DNA of 64,000 nucleotides from Octopus sinensis (GCF_006345805.1 NC_043007.1:74772001-74836000); one strand, 5' to 3'. Shown: positions 13,398 to 27,373, counted from the stretch's first letter. Program-made: numbers and translations. The notes: generated from the letters alone by a model not told the origin.

Positions 13398-13707
13398 GTA
13401 TGCAAACCTGATGTTTTTAACCTTATTTTTCAAGGTCTTTAACATTGTTGGGGAAAGACAGAAGGAAGGGAAAAAGGAATGAATAAAAGGGAGGGGAAAG
13501 GAAGGAAGGAAGGATGAATGGATGGATGGATGGATGGAAGGAAAGAGAGAAAGAAGGAAGAAACCCCAACACATGGTTACTGCTGTGGGAAGCAGCTCAC
13601 CAAGATATCAAGTTATATTCAGACTGGGGATCTGAACTAAATGTCTACAATAAGAGAGAGGACTCAGCTGTTATTGACATTTCATTTTACATCAAATGTT
13701 TATCACA

Positions 13708-13779
<72 letters not shown>

Positions 13780-14054
13780 TCCATGTGGTGAAGTGGAGTA
13801 AAACTATAGAAAGAAGGAAAATGCACAGAAGATTTATGTTGGAAAATAAACAAATTTTTAGGAAATAAAATATTTACATAGTCAACCAGTTTCACTTGTG
13901 TTAATCGTGACTAAGTTGTTAATGATAATGTTATAATTTCAAGCTATCATAAGTTTTCATTCCATGTTAGTAGTAGGAACATTATCACTAACCACTTAGT
14001 CATGATTAGCATTAGCATAAATGAAACCAGTCAACTATGTAAATATTTTATTTC

Positions 14055-14106
<52 letters not shown>

Positions 14107-14109
<3 letters not shown>

Positions 14110-14886
14110 GTGATCTGATCAATAAGTATTTGGAGTGTTGCTATAACAAAGCTAAAGCACACAGAGTGAAAGTTGCTTGGCAGAGATTGACTTTAAACTC
14201 TGCTGTGCCTGTGCACTAGATTTTAACATTCTAGCTCACTTCTGTTGCTTACAGCAGTGCATGGAAGGAAGGTGTGTAGCATGTGAGCTTCATATTGACC
14301 ATGACAGAGAAAGTTGAGCAGAAAATCTGCATCAAATTTTGCCAAAAGTTTGATGATACCTGCTCAGAGGCCTACACAAAGTTTTTAAAAAGTTTTCATT
14401 GTTCTCAACACAATCAAGGAAATCTTGTGCAACTGAAACCAGAGTGCCTTTTTGGTCAGCTGAAAGCAGTTCTGACACAAATTTGGCAGACACGTGTCTC
14501 ATACCCAATTCTTCAGTAACAATGGACTGAACTGAACTGTAACTAATCTGCACATCCTCTGATAACTCACAGATGGTGATTTGCTGATTTCCCCTCACAG
14601 CAGGATGCAGATCTACAATGTTTTTCTCAGTTCTGCAGGTTGCGGGTCTCCCAGAATGTTTGTTAATATCAACATTTTTCAGCCATCTTGGAAACATGTA
14701 AACCACTCATACACTTGTGTGCAGCTCATACACTCCTCTCCATACACTTTCTGCAACTTTGCATAGGCCTCTGAGTATGTGTCACCATGACAACTTCTTC
14801 TGTCATAGTCAATGTGACAATCACACCTTCTTTCCAAGCTCTGCTGTAAACAGCTGAAGTGAGCTAGAATGTTAAAACTTAGTGCA
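14107..14886. mobile_element. Two mariner 5' fragments fused tail-to-tail
   Basis: + copy from TA-CGTGATCTGATCAATAAGTAT with MTEKVEQKICIKFCQK (14301-14377). - copy 14378-14886 encodes ...SGRPATCRTEKNI...ITICELSEDVQISYSSVQSIVTEELGMRHVSAKFV... Confidence 0.88.
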
Positions 14887-15070
14887 AATACACAACAGGG
14901 TTCAAGGTCAGTAGGTCAGTCTTTTTCAAGTGGCTTTACTCTGTGTACTTTAGCTTCTTTACTATGGCAACAGTCCAGATACTTATTGGTCAGATCTTGT
15001 ATGTATTTTCCCATCACAAAATTTCTGTACATTTTCCTTTTTATATTTTAGATATACACACATATATATA

Positions 15071-15119
<49 letters not shown>

Positions 15120-15268
15120 GTATGTATATATGTTTTGAGTTCAAATTCCACCGAGGTCGACTTTACCTTTCATTATTTCAGTATCATTAAAATAAGTACC
15201 ATTTGAACACTGGGGCAAAATTTGAAACCATTATTATTACTATTATTATTATTATTATTATTATAATA

Positions 15269-15311
<43 letters not shown>

Positions 15312-15583
15312 TATTATTATTATTATTGTTATTATTATTATTATTGTTATTATTATTATTATTATGTTTATTTTTATATTGTTTGATGTTTTAATCTATT
15401 GAAAAAATTTAAATGTTGCAACAGTTGTCCAAAATCTAAACCATATTCCTACAGTTAGTTTCTTAATTTTGCACAATACTTTCACCTCAAAATCGCTATA
15501 CAACTATCTACCAAATTGTCAAGAGGAACCTCTGTGTTTGCTTCACTCCAGAAATAGCAGCTAAATTGATATATATATATATA

Positions 15584-15804
15584 TTCCTGGTGAAGGCTGG
15601 TTTATAGGATTACCTTGGGTTTCCCGTCCATAAAGGGTTTAACTTTATGGCATATTGTCAAAACCAAAGACCTGTTGGCCTATGATCTCTTTAAGAAGAG
15701 GTCATAGGCCAACAATTCTTGAGGGTCTTAAGATACACCATAAAGTTAAACCCTTTATAGATGGGAAACCGAGAGTAACCACATAAACTAGCCTTCACCA
15801 GGAA
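15584..15804. mobile_element. Nested foldback element
   Basis: 67-bp outer arms (15584-15650 / 15738-15804, ~9 mismatches) enclose an 18-bp inner hairpin (15673-15690 / 15697-15714). Confidence 0.7.
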
Positions 15805-15892
15805 GAAATATATACTGCTCTACTTCTTATAGTGTACTTATTCAGATTTATGCTTTTCTAGAACAATATATATATATATATATATATATATG

Positions 15893-16065
15893 GAGAATTC
15901 ATGAAAAAAACAAAAGATGAAGACAGGTGGTGTAGAAAACAAACAACTGTATTAGTATAACGCTCGGGAATTGAAAAAGTCTTTAACGTTTTGAGTCTAC
16001 GCTCTTCCACAGAAAGGAACACAGAAAGAAACAAGGAGAGAAAAAAATGTATGTAGTGGCTAGCG
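15893..16065 (-). mobile_element. Second, more decayed copy of the 1-165 repeat
   Basis: High similarity to 1-165 over ~150 bp. Motif decayed to CTGTGGA...ACTC-AAAACGTT. Abuts (TA)n. Confidence 0.6.
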
Positions 16066-16396
16066 ATATTTGTGTTTGTTCCCTTCTCCACAGCTTGACA
16101 ATTGCTGTTGGTTTATTTACATCCTTGTAATCTAGCAGTTTAACAAAAGAAATAGATAGAATAAGTACCAAACTTTAAAAATGAGCACTGGAGTCTTTCT
16201 TTGACTAAACCTTTCAAGGCACTCCAATAACCAGAACAAGTTAAAGATTAAAGTATAACAATAATATATGGGAGTGTTATAACCCATAGATATTCTGTTT
16301 TTAAATGATTTTAGATAAAATTTAAATAATTGAGCCATTTAAGTATTCATCTCTGTTGAAGAATTATAATGCGCCCTTTTAAAAGCCTTTAAGGTT

Positions 16397-16605
16397 CATG
16401 GTCCCAGTTTCCTGGTTTCTATGGCGTATGTGCTCCCCAGCTGGATGGGACGCCAGTCCATCGCAGCGTTACTCACTTTTGCCAGCTGAGTGGACTGGAG
16501 CAACGTGAAATGAAGTGTTTTGCTCAAGAACACAACGCGTTGCCCAGTCCAGGAATTGAAACCACAATCTTACGATCATGATGCTGACACCCTAACCACT
16601 AAGCC
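16397..16605 (-). mobile_element. tRNA-derived SINE family D
   Basis: Minus strand ...GTGGTTAGGGTG...TCATGATCGTAAGATTGTGGTTTCAATTCCTGG...GTGTTCTTGAGCAAAACACTT...CTCCAGTCCACTCAGCTG. Related copies at 37140-37342(-), 37726-38022(+), 42920-43140(+), 59478-59810(+). Confidence 0.8.
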
Positions 16606-18280
16606 AATTCCATCATACTTGTATAATGTACAAGAAACTAAACTATTTTCTCCTCATGACTTTCCCGGCAGTAGAGATGAATGTGAATGAATTGGTGATG
16701 GTAGAATAGTTACTATATAGAGACTAGAGTGGAATTTGGTTGTCTACGATAATAATATCAACTTATGAATAGACTAACTTAACTTTGGTCAATAATTCTG
16801 AATGGTTCAATAACTGGCTCCACCATATTAAAGTTTTCTCTACTAAAAGGCAACATTTTAGCATTTTATTCTTGTATTTGATGAAAGTTTTAATTCAAAG
16901 CTATAATGATGTTTAGAAAATCTTTATAAGAGATGAAAGCAGTAACTATATAGCTGTTCTATTGGAACTGACGTTACTACCATTTTTAACTCCAAGAAGA
17001 TGCCTCTTCTAGCTGGTTATTTGATGCAATCTGCACCCAATATATATTGTAAGCAGGGGAGCGAACTCTACCATCTTCTAGTGATGGGAATGTAACAATA
17101 TTTCTTGTTAATGATGGTGCAGGGTGCAAACGTGGCTATGTGGTAAGAAGTTTGCTTTCCAACCACATGGTTTCGGTTTCAGTCTCAGTCCATGGCATCT
17201 TGGGCAAGTGTTTTCAACTAATGCCTCAGGCCAACCAAAGCCTTGTGAGTGGATTTGGTAGATAGAAACTGAAAAAAGCCAGTCATATATGTATGTATAT
17301 GTGTGTGTGTATGTGACTGACTTTGTGTCTTTGTTTGTCACTTACCACTGCTTGACAACTGGTGTTAGTTTGTTTACATCCACATAACTTAACAGTTCAG
17401 CAAAATAGACTGATAAAGTAAGTACCAAGTATTGGGGTTCATTTGTTCAACTAAGATTCTTCAAGTTACAGCCCCAATATGGTCACAGTATGGTCCTTTT
17501 ACTGAAACAAATAAAAGGACAAAAATATGGTACATTCAGGTTCATTGCCCTTCTTGAATCTTTTCATCAATGCAATCTTTGCTATAACATCCAGCTTTAT
17601 GGGAAGTTGTAAATATCTTGTTGATATCTTGGAGTATCTGTTATGAATGTAGGTTACTATGACTGGTCTAAAATAACCAACATTAATTATGGTAAAATAG
17701 TTCTTACGATGCCTCTTCTTGCTTGCTATTTACGAGATACTTTGTAATTATCTCTTGCTCTTGTGTGACATAAGCATGTTCTTCAAAGTATGAAGTAGCA
17801 TAGCAATCACTCATCTAAAATAAGCTACACTTCATACCTAAGTTGGTATCATTCATCCAACTTATGATATAGATGTACTGACATAATTTTTTAATGTCAC
17901 ACAACTCTGATGTGTGTGTATAATATATGTTAGCTTATTAAACTCATTCTCTCCATATACAAAATAGGATCTATGTCCAGAGATATCTAAATGAGTTGTT
18001 CAAACACTACAACCAGTACTCTAATATTATCAGTAATATATTTATTGAATCTTTGAGCTTCATATTCTGTTAGTAATATCTTCTAAGGATGATATTATCC
18101 ATACTAAGACTTGTCTATATTCTTGTTGTCACCTGGAGCTGAGTAATAACCATGTGTGGTAATTAATATTATGGTCAGCAAAGACATGGGCCTCAAGATT
18201 ACAGCTTTATTGATAAAGATATTTAGAATGGTATCGAACACTTAAGGTGTCTCTACCAACTGGAAGAAAAATCAATAATC

Positions 18281-18370
<90 letters not shown>

Positions 18371-18419
18371 ATAAAATACACACACACATACATATATGAA
18401 TAGATAGATAGATAATAAT

Positions 18420-19475
18420 AATAATTTCAAATTTTGACACAAGGCCAACAGTTTTGGGGGAAGGGCTAAATCAATTAGATCAACCCCAGTACTCAACTGG
18501 TACTTATTTTATTGACCTTGAAAGGATGAAATGTAAAGTCAACCTCAGTGGAATTTGAACTCAGAACATGGAGACAGATGGAATGCCACTAAGCACTCTG
18601 TTTAGAATTCTAACAACTCTGCCAGCTCACCACCTTAATAATATCCATTTCCACTATAAGCACAAGGCCTGAGATTTTGGTGGGGGGATAAATTGATTAC
18701 ATTGACCCCAGTGCATAACTGGAACTTATTTCATTGACCCTGAAAGGATGAAAGGCAAAGTCGACCTCGGTAGAATTTGAACTCAGAATGTAAAGATGAA
18801 TGAAATATCACTAAGCATTTTGCCAGGCATGCAGACAATTCTATTAGCTTGTCACATTAAAAATAATAATAATAATAATAATTATACCAAGAGCACTCAG
18901 CGAGCGCAAACCTTTCCAAGGCAACACTAACGTCCTCTAAATGATTAGCCAGAGATGATTTTTAAAATGAGAATATCTGAAATAAACTCGACTGCTCTCA
19001 CAGACGAGAATACTAAAAATGAACCTGACCGCTCTCAAGAATTAAGTAAAAAAAATGGAAAAATATTTCAGAATCCTTGTCTGGTAACAGATCGATTCCA
19101 AAATCTAATCAGTTCATGCCAGTCATGAGGCCAAACATCCCTGAAAGTTTCATCCAAATCCATCCAGCAGTTCTTGAAGTATCTTGTCCATGGACAAACA
19201 AACACGACTGAAATAATACCACTGCCTTCGCTAAGGCAGAGGTAATAATAATCCTTTCTACTGGAGGCACAAGGATCCATATTTGCAGGGAGGAGAGTAG
19301 TTGATTACATCGACCCCAGTGTTTCACTGGTACTTAATTTATCAACCCTGAAAGGATGAAAGGCAAAGTCGACCTCAGCAGAATTTGAACTCAGAATGTA
19401 GCTGTGGGCGATGCACTGCTAAGCATTTCGTCCAGCACACTAGTGATTCTGCCAGCTCACCACCTTAATAATAAC

Positions 19476-19512
<37 letters not shown>

Positions 19513-19745
19513 TGACGATGATAATGGTTTCAAATTTTGCCTCAAGGGCAGCAATTTTGGGGAAGGAGATGAATCAATTATATCAACCCCCAGTGTTCTG
19601 GTACTTATTTTATCGACCCCGAAAGGAAGAGATGGAAAGTCAACCTTGGCAGAATTTGAATTCAGAACATAAATTCATATGAAATGCTGCTAAGCATTTT
19701 GCCCAGTGTGCTAACAATTCTGCCAGCTCACCACCTTAATAATAA
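18420..19745 (-). mobile_element. Cluster of four family A SINEs, same orientation, separated by (AAT)n
   Basis: Four repeats of GGATGAAAGGCAAAGTC.ACCTC.G..GAATTTGAACTCAGAA. Confidence 0.85.
18885..19245 (+). mobile_element. Helentron/HINE-type non-autonomous element
   Basis: 5' CAAGAGCACTCAGCGAGCGCAAACCTTTCCAAGGC, 3' hairpin CTGCCTT-CGCT-AAGGCAG followed by AGGT. Inserted in an (AAT)n tract without an obvious TSD. Confidence 0.55.
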
Positions 19746-21859
19746 TAATAACAACAACAGCAACAGTAATAGTGGATGACATGGCTTAAGATGATAGTTC
19801 TTACAGTAAACAGTTTTTAATCTTTATCAGTAATGGCTGATAGACTACTTACAGCCTGAGATTCCAAATATAAGTTCAGTATTTGAGAAGTTTGCCAAAG
19901 TTTATGAATCATGTACTCTTTTACTTATTTCAGTCATTTGACTGTGGCCATGCTGGAGCACCACCTTTACTCGAGCAAATTGACCCCCAGGACTTATTCT
20001 TTGGAAGCCTAGTACTTATTTTATTGTTCTCTTTTGCCAAACCGCTAAGTTACAGGGACGTAAACACACCAGCATCAGTTGTCAAGCGATGTTGGGGGAC
20101 AAACAAAGACACACAAACATATACACACACATACATTCTTACAGTTTCTGTCTATCAAATCCACTCACAAGGCTTTGGTCAACCTCAGGCTATAGTAGAA
20201 GACACTTGCCCAAGGTGGCATGCAGTGGAAATGAACCCAGAACTATGTGGCTGGTAAGCAAGTTGCTTACCACACAGCCATTCCTGTGCCTATGCGCCTC
20301 CTGGAATTTTTCTTCTTTTCTTTTTTATAACCATACCATTCCAATTGCACATGACCTAATGGCTGCAGTATTATTGAACACACGATTGCAAGATCATAGC
20401 TTCAATTCTTGGATCAGGTGGTGTGTTTTCTTTTTGAACAAAACATCTCATTTTCATGTCACTCCAGTCCACTCAGCTGTAAATGAGAAACCTTGCTATG
20501 TACTGGCACCCCATCCAGGGGTAATGTTGTGATCTTCATCACTTATATGCCTCAGAATAGTGGGACTCAAAACAGTAATGTCCTGGGTTGCATTCGATCT
20601 TTTGTTTGACCATTTCATTACATTAATCCATCCATGCCAACCATTTTTGATTTCTTTGGCTGGTTTTCATAACATGCAAACTAGTAAGAGGTCACCAGTT
20701 ACCCCATATGCAATCCTCTACTTTTCAAAATAAGAGACTCTATGAGTGGTCTTCCTCATAATCTTCTCACAAAGCAGTATGCTTGATTCTGAGAAAGTAT
20801 GAGAGAATAATCACCCCCTGTATTTAACTGGTACTTATTTATCAACCCTGGAGGGATAAAAGTTAAAAGTTCACCTCAATAGGAATTGAACTCAAGATAC
20901 AAAGAGTCAGAATAATAATCAGAAGGCATTTATAAGATGCCCTATTGATTCTGCCAACTGATTGCCTTCAAAAACACAGAAATTTTATGTAACATACATA
21001 TACACATCATCATTTTAGCATACACTTTTCCATGTTTGCATGGGTCAGATGGAATTCACTAACATTGGGTGGAAACCCTTCTTGTTGTCAACCTTCACCT
21101 GTTTCACAAGATGGTACTTCCCTATAGCTGGACATGTTTTCAACATTGACAGTGGCACTCGTTAACAACTATCGCACAAAGCTGAGGCAAATAGACAGTA
21201 ACACACATGCATGTACACACACATGCACACGCACTCACACACATACACACACACATACTTACATACACACATACATATATACATACCAATACTATTATAC
21301 ATAGGGTAAATATTTTTGAAAGTTGTGGTTTCTTTGATATGTTTGTTCCCAAACAACACTTATTTTAGTGCTGTTGACACCACCGGATTGAATGGTACTG
21401 CCCAGGTGTCGAAACCATAATGATATCCATGGAGCAGCTGATGATAGGGATTGTTGGATTGTTGGTATGGCAGTTTTTGTATATGTGGAATAGTATTATA
21501 ACACATCATTTTGATGTATGCAAAAAGACAATTTAAACCAAATATGTGTGTGTATATATATACATACACATACATGTGTGTGTGAGTGTATAATACTCTT
21601 GTCTTGATTCACTCACATTATTCCTTTCCTTGCCCTTTTACTTTCTAGTCTAAGTTTCTGAAGAAATTAACCCAATTGACACTCGCATTAATTCCCAGCT
21701 GTTCAAAACACTTAAGCACAGAAGCATTAAGGTCTTCATAATTCTCTGCTGTGACGTTAACAAATATTTCCTACATATTTTCATAAGTGTTGATTGCTGT
21801 TTTGTTAGAAGTTAGTAAGAGGATCATCAAATACTTACTTGCAATACTTCATCAGAAAT

Positions 21860-22251
21860 AAGTCAGTGACCTGGCAGAATCATTAGCACACCAGGCAAAA
21901 TGCTTAATGGCATTTCATCTGTCTTTATGTTCTGAGTTCAAATTGCACCAAGGTTGACTTTGCCTTTCATCCTTTCAGGGTCAATAAAATGAGTACCAGC
22001 TGGGCACTGGGATTGATGAAGTCAACTTTCCTCTTCCCACCAAACTTGCTGGCACTGTGCCAAAATTCTAAATCAGTATTTTATTGGGAATAAGACTCCA
22101 GGACTTATTCTTTGTAAGCCTAGTACTTATTCTATTGGTCTCTTTTGCTGAACCAATAATGTTACTGGGGACGTAAACATGTCAAGTGATGTTGGGGGGA
22201 CAAACACAGATACACATACACATACATACATACAGACATACATACATACAT

Positions 22252-22314
<63 letters not shown>

Positions 22315-23610
22315 CGACGAGCTTCTTTCAGTTTCCATCTACCAAATCCACTCTCAAGGCTTTGGTCAGCCCGAGACTATAGTAGAAGACACTTGCCCAA
22401 GGTGCAACGCAGTGGGACTGAACCCGGAACCATGTGGTTCATAAGCATGCTACTTACCACACAGCCACTCCTATGCCTGTTCTTCATTAAAATCATTCAA
22501 ATAAGGCTTCACAAGTTTTAGTAATATTTGAAATGCAGAATGGTGGTGTGCTGGCACAATCATTAGTACACCGGGCAAAATGCTTTGCAGAATTTCATCT
22601 GTCTTTTACATTCTGAGTTCAAATTCCGCTGAGGTCAACTTTGCCTTTCTTCCTTTTAGAGTTGATAAAATGAATGTGCTAAAGTTGCTGGTCTTGTGCC
22701 AGAATTTGAAACCAATATAATAGGCTTTTATACAAGGTGGTGAGCTGGCAGAACCGTTAGCACATGGGATAAAATGCATAGCAGCATTTCATGTCTTTTA
22801 CATGGCAACTTCAAATTCCAACGAGGCCAGCTTTTGCTTTTCATTATTTTGGGGTTGATAAAATAAGTACCAGTTGAGTACTGGAGTCAATGTAATCAAC
22901 TTACCCTTCCCACCCCTGAAATTATTGGCCTTGTGCTAAAATTTGAAACCAGTATTTGAAATGCAAGAAGCAAAATTTTGATATCAATCTATTTAAAACC
23001 ACACCAAAGTCGACCTCAGCAGGATTTGAACCCAAAATGTAAATACCGGTGAAATGCTGCTAAGAATTTTGCTCAACATGTTAATGACTCTGCCAGCTTG
23101 CAAGAGTCCCATCAAACTATATGTCTTCAACTATAGCCCCGGGGTGGCAGTAGAAAACACTGCCACTGTCCAAGGTATCGCATAGTGGGGCTGAATCCCA
23201 AACCTCATAATTGCAAAGTAAACTTCATAGCAACACAACTATAATTTTATTAAAGATGGATTAAATAACCAGTTAGACCTGAAGTAAATTAATTTTTTTT
23301 GTAAAGTATATGTTATTTTTACCTTTGAATAAAGAAAAAAATGATCTCTTAATAGAAACCTAACATATTTTTCATAACACAACTGATTTATTGGTTTCAA
23401 ATTCTGACACAAGGCCAGCAAGTTTCGGGATGGCCAGGGTTGGTTAAGTTGATTACATCAACCCAAATGTTCACCTGATACTTATTTTATCAGTCCTGAA
23501 AGGATGAGAGGCAAGGTCGACCTCAGCAGGATTTGAACTCAAAATGTAAATACCAGTGAAAACTGGTAAGGATTTTGCTCAACATGCTAATGATTTTGCC
23601 AGCTTGCCAG
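21860..23610. mobile_element. SINE cluster: family A (+ at 21860, 22530, 22735; - at 23000, 23380) and family B (- 22100-22460)
   Basis: Recurrent family A and B consensus blocks. Confidence 0.8.
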
Positions 23611-23770
23611 AAATAGTTATCTTTAAAAAAATTTTCAATAACTGAACTTTCCTACTTCTATATAAATACCTTGTTCCAGAATCTTATGTTTTGCTTTTAC
23701 TTTTTTATATAGTATTGTTGTGGTGCACCTGAGCACTGTATACAATAATTTCATTATGATTATTATTATT

Positions 23771-24121
23771 ACTTTTTTTTTTTCTTCTTTCAAATTTGCT
23801 TTCATTTCTTGCCGAGTGTCTTCCCGACTCCTAGGGCAAAGAAACTCATAGTATACATTGGTAGGCCATTAAACCAAACTCAGTAGTTCGTTCATTTAAA
23901 AAAAATTGTTTTTTTTAAGTTAAATTAAAATACATGAGCAGCAACAGTTCTCACATCGACAATGCTCTTCTCAATACGTGTGATGTACCAGTTAAGACAA
24001 TCTTTTGCACTTCTTGCAGGGATGGTAAGCCAGGGATCATTCTCATATAATTTTCGGTTCTCTTCTTGATCATTCCTAGTGCTCCTACGATCACTGGTAT
24101 TGTAACCGCCTTGAGATGCCA
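23771..24121 (-). mobile_element. 3' end of an R4/Dong-like restriction-like-endonuclease non-LTR retrotransposon
   Basis: Uninterrupted frame 24121-23951 WHLKAVTIPVIVGALGMIKKRTENYMRMIPGLPSLQEVQKIVLTGTSHVLRRALSM*, then a 3'UTR and A tail. (TAA)n on both sides. Confidence 0.75.
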
Positions 24122-24198
<77 letters not shown>

Positions 24199-25059
24199 TT
24201 AGGATTTACATTATTTAATGCTTCGCTGAGGTCAACTTTGGTCTTTAAATTCTTTCAGGGTCAGTGTAATTGACTTGTCCCCTTCCACCAAAATTTCAGG
24301 CTTTGTGCCTTTAGTAGAAAAGGTTATTTAATGCTTCTTTCCACTTTTGTAAGTTGTTAGCATGTAAATGGAAAAAAAGATTTGGCTGCTATTTCTAGTT
24401 GGGCAAGTTACCCATGCAAAAGGCTTCCTTACTTTCAATTTTGTTGTTTATTTATTTATTTTTATTTAGTTTTATTCTTTCTTTCTAAATATTATATGTA
24501 AAGTTGTAAGTACAAGTTGCTAACAACAATAGCACAACTACATCAATAGCATTTTCACTGAACTGAAAGTTATGCGATAATCAGAAAACTGTTACTTTAA
24601 GATAACTGACATTCCCAAATGGTAACAATCTTTGATAAATGTTATGATTCCTGCAGGAAGTTGAATGTTGCCTGATCACCTATGTGTTTGTATGCAGCTA
24701 TTCAACAGTCCAGTATTCAGCAGCTCACTCGCTTCACACACAAATTTATCCGATATAGCTGTAACTCTATACTTCACTTGCTATATTATTTTTTGCTTTT
24801 CTCTCAAAGAACCATTTTTTTCCCCCACCCTCTTAACATCTCACCTAGCTTTGATTTTATTGTAGTCTTATTCTCCTTCACACCAGCCACATTATAAGGT
24901 TGTTGTCTTATTCTTTGCCTTACTCTCTTTTTATTAAACTAGTTATTAACCAATCTTTTAAAATAACAAATAAACACGAGAATTATTGTTGCCTCTTAAC
25001 AAATAACTTTTTAATTACAAACTTCTGTTTTTAAAAAAAATAGTTAAACGATGCAATTC

Positions 25060-25210
25060 TAATATATATATATATATATATATACAAACATACATGCATA
25101 CTACAAACATGCATACATAAATACATACATACATACATATGTATGTATATATATATATATATATATATTTATATACATACATATATACATATATATGCAT
25201 ATATATATAC

Positions 25211-25256
<46 letters not shown>

Positions 25257-25291
25257 CACACATATATATATTTATATATATATATTATATA

Positions 25292-25333
<42 letters not shown>

Positions 25334-25442
25334 AAGGTTTAATAAATCATTGTTAACATTTTTCTAGTAATTGGTTGTCATTACATTTTATTTACTAAAC
25401 ACAGGTGCTGTTTCTTTGAACAGAAGAGTCCTACACATCTTA

Positions 25443-25476
<34 letters not shown>

Positions 25477-27327
25477 AATCTTGCTGAGGTATTTTTTGTA
25501 GCTAGTCATGGTACTATTTTTAACATCTGATATTAGATACAAGCCTAACTAGATACTCATCACAGATGCTTGGCCAAATTAGGAATAGCAACATCAAGCT
25601 GATATACTGGAAACTTTCCAGAAACAACAAAGGGAAGGGTTATACATGATTATCAGCAGCAACAGCAGCAACTGTAGCAGCAGCAGCAGCAGCAATGGTA
25701 CTACTACTGCTCTCAGCAGCCTTATGAGCTGTATATTATCATCACTACCACCAATATCAATATATAAATTATAAATTATGTCTCACTGTTACCAGCTGGG
25801 GTATTACTTTGCTTTAAACGAAAGTAATCCTAGCAACAATATTGTATTTATTCGCAATAATAGCTAAAAAAAAAAAACTAAAACTGTTTAAAAGAAACTA
25901 AAAACAAAAGCTATTTTATGTTATTTCATTTTTATAGTAAATATTTATACGTGTAGCATAGTGTGTAGTGTCTTTAATGTAAAAATATCACGGAGTGTGT
26001 ATTCAAGAATGGCCTGAATGATTCTAACCATTACCCAAATCATTTTAGTCCCAGAACTCACTCTCGTATCAAATTACTTACCTGGCATGGTTGTGTGGTA
26101 AGGAATTTGTTTCACAACTACATAGTTCTGGGTTCAGTCCCACTGTGTAGCACCAGGGGCAAGTGTTTTTCGCTATAGCTTTGGGCTGACCAAAGCCTTC
26201 TGAGAGGATTTGGTAGACAGAAACTGAAAGAAGCCTGTTGTGTGTATATCTGTATGTATGTATGTATGTATGTATTATGTATGTATGTATGCATGTATGT
26301 ATGTATGCATGTATGCATGTATGTATGTATATATATATATATGCATATACATATATATTTGCATATATATATACATGTATATATACATATTTATATATAC
26401 CTATATGTATATATCTATGTATATGTATATACATGTATATATACATATATATACATGTATATATATATGTAAATGTATATATATATATTTACATATATAT
26501 GCAAATATATGTATACATGGCAGGAGTGGCTGTGTGGTAAGTAGCTTGTTTACCAACCACATGGTTCCGGGTTCAGTCCCACTGCGTGGCACCTTGGGCA
26601 AGTGTCTTCTACTATAGCCTCGGGCCGACCAAAGTCTTGTGAGTGAATTTGGTAGAGGGAAACTGAAAGAAGCCTGTCGTATATATGTATATATATGTAT
26701 GTGCGTGTATGTTTGTGTGTCTGTGTTTGTCCCCCTAGCATTGCTTGATAACCGATGCTGGTTTGTTTATGTCCCCGTTATTTAGGGGTTCGGCAAAAGA
26801 GACCGATAGAATAAGTACTGGGCTTACAAAAGAATAAGTCCCGGGGTCGAGTTGCTCGATTAAAGGCAGTGCTCCAGCATGGCCACAGTCAAATGACTGA
26901 AACAAGTAAAAGAGTAAGAGAGAAAGAGTATATATATATATATATATGTGTGTATCTGCCTTCTTCATTCTGATGGCGTCTACCATTTGCAATGAGGTAA
27001 ATACACATTTACCTCAATATGGTACACAGTAACAGCTGTAAACTCACTCTTACCTTCACCTTGCTTAACTAATTAAATAATGACTTTTTAGCAGCAAAGA
27101 CACACTTCTATTTGTTATTTTACCTCCATTTTCTGATCGTCTATATATACATTAAACCACGGTTTACCTTTTTAAATTACCTGCTGCCGTATACCTTATA
27201 CCAAGGACCATACTTACAGAGGTAATTACTAGGAGTGCCTCTGGATGCTTCTATCCCTTAGAGGGCTTAATACCTCTAACTTGTACCTTATATATTATAT
27301 ATGTATATATATGTATGTATATATATT

Positions 27328-27373
<46 letters not shown>

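Noticed and set aside
13170-13520. Pyrimidine-rich upstream and purine-rich downstream flanks that might pair and loop out the first exon
   Set aside because: Only about 12 of 14 nt complementary in low-complexity sequence.
19883-20532. ORFs of 111-147 aa with recurring text such as SFHLPNPLSRLWSA...RRHLPKV or [18 protein letters not shown]
   Set aside because: Chance frames through SINE family B. The same pseudo-peptides recur at every copy.
25655-25720. (CAG)n tract suggesting a poly-Q exon
   Set aside because: No convincing splice sites and no RyR similarity. A simple trinucleotide repeat.
26519-26590. tRNA-like A/B boxes at the heads of SINE families A, B and D
   Set aside because: No complete cloverleaf, and each continues into a SINE body, so they are not tRNA genes.
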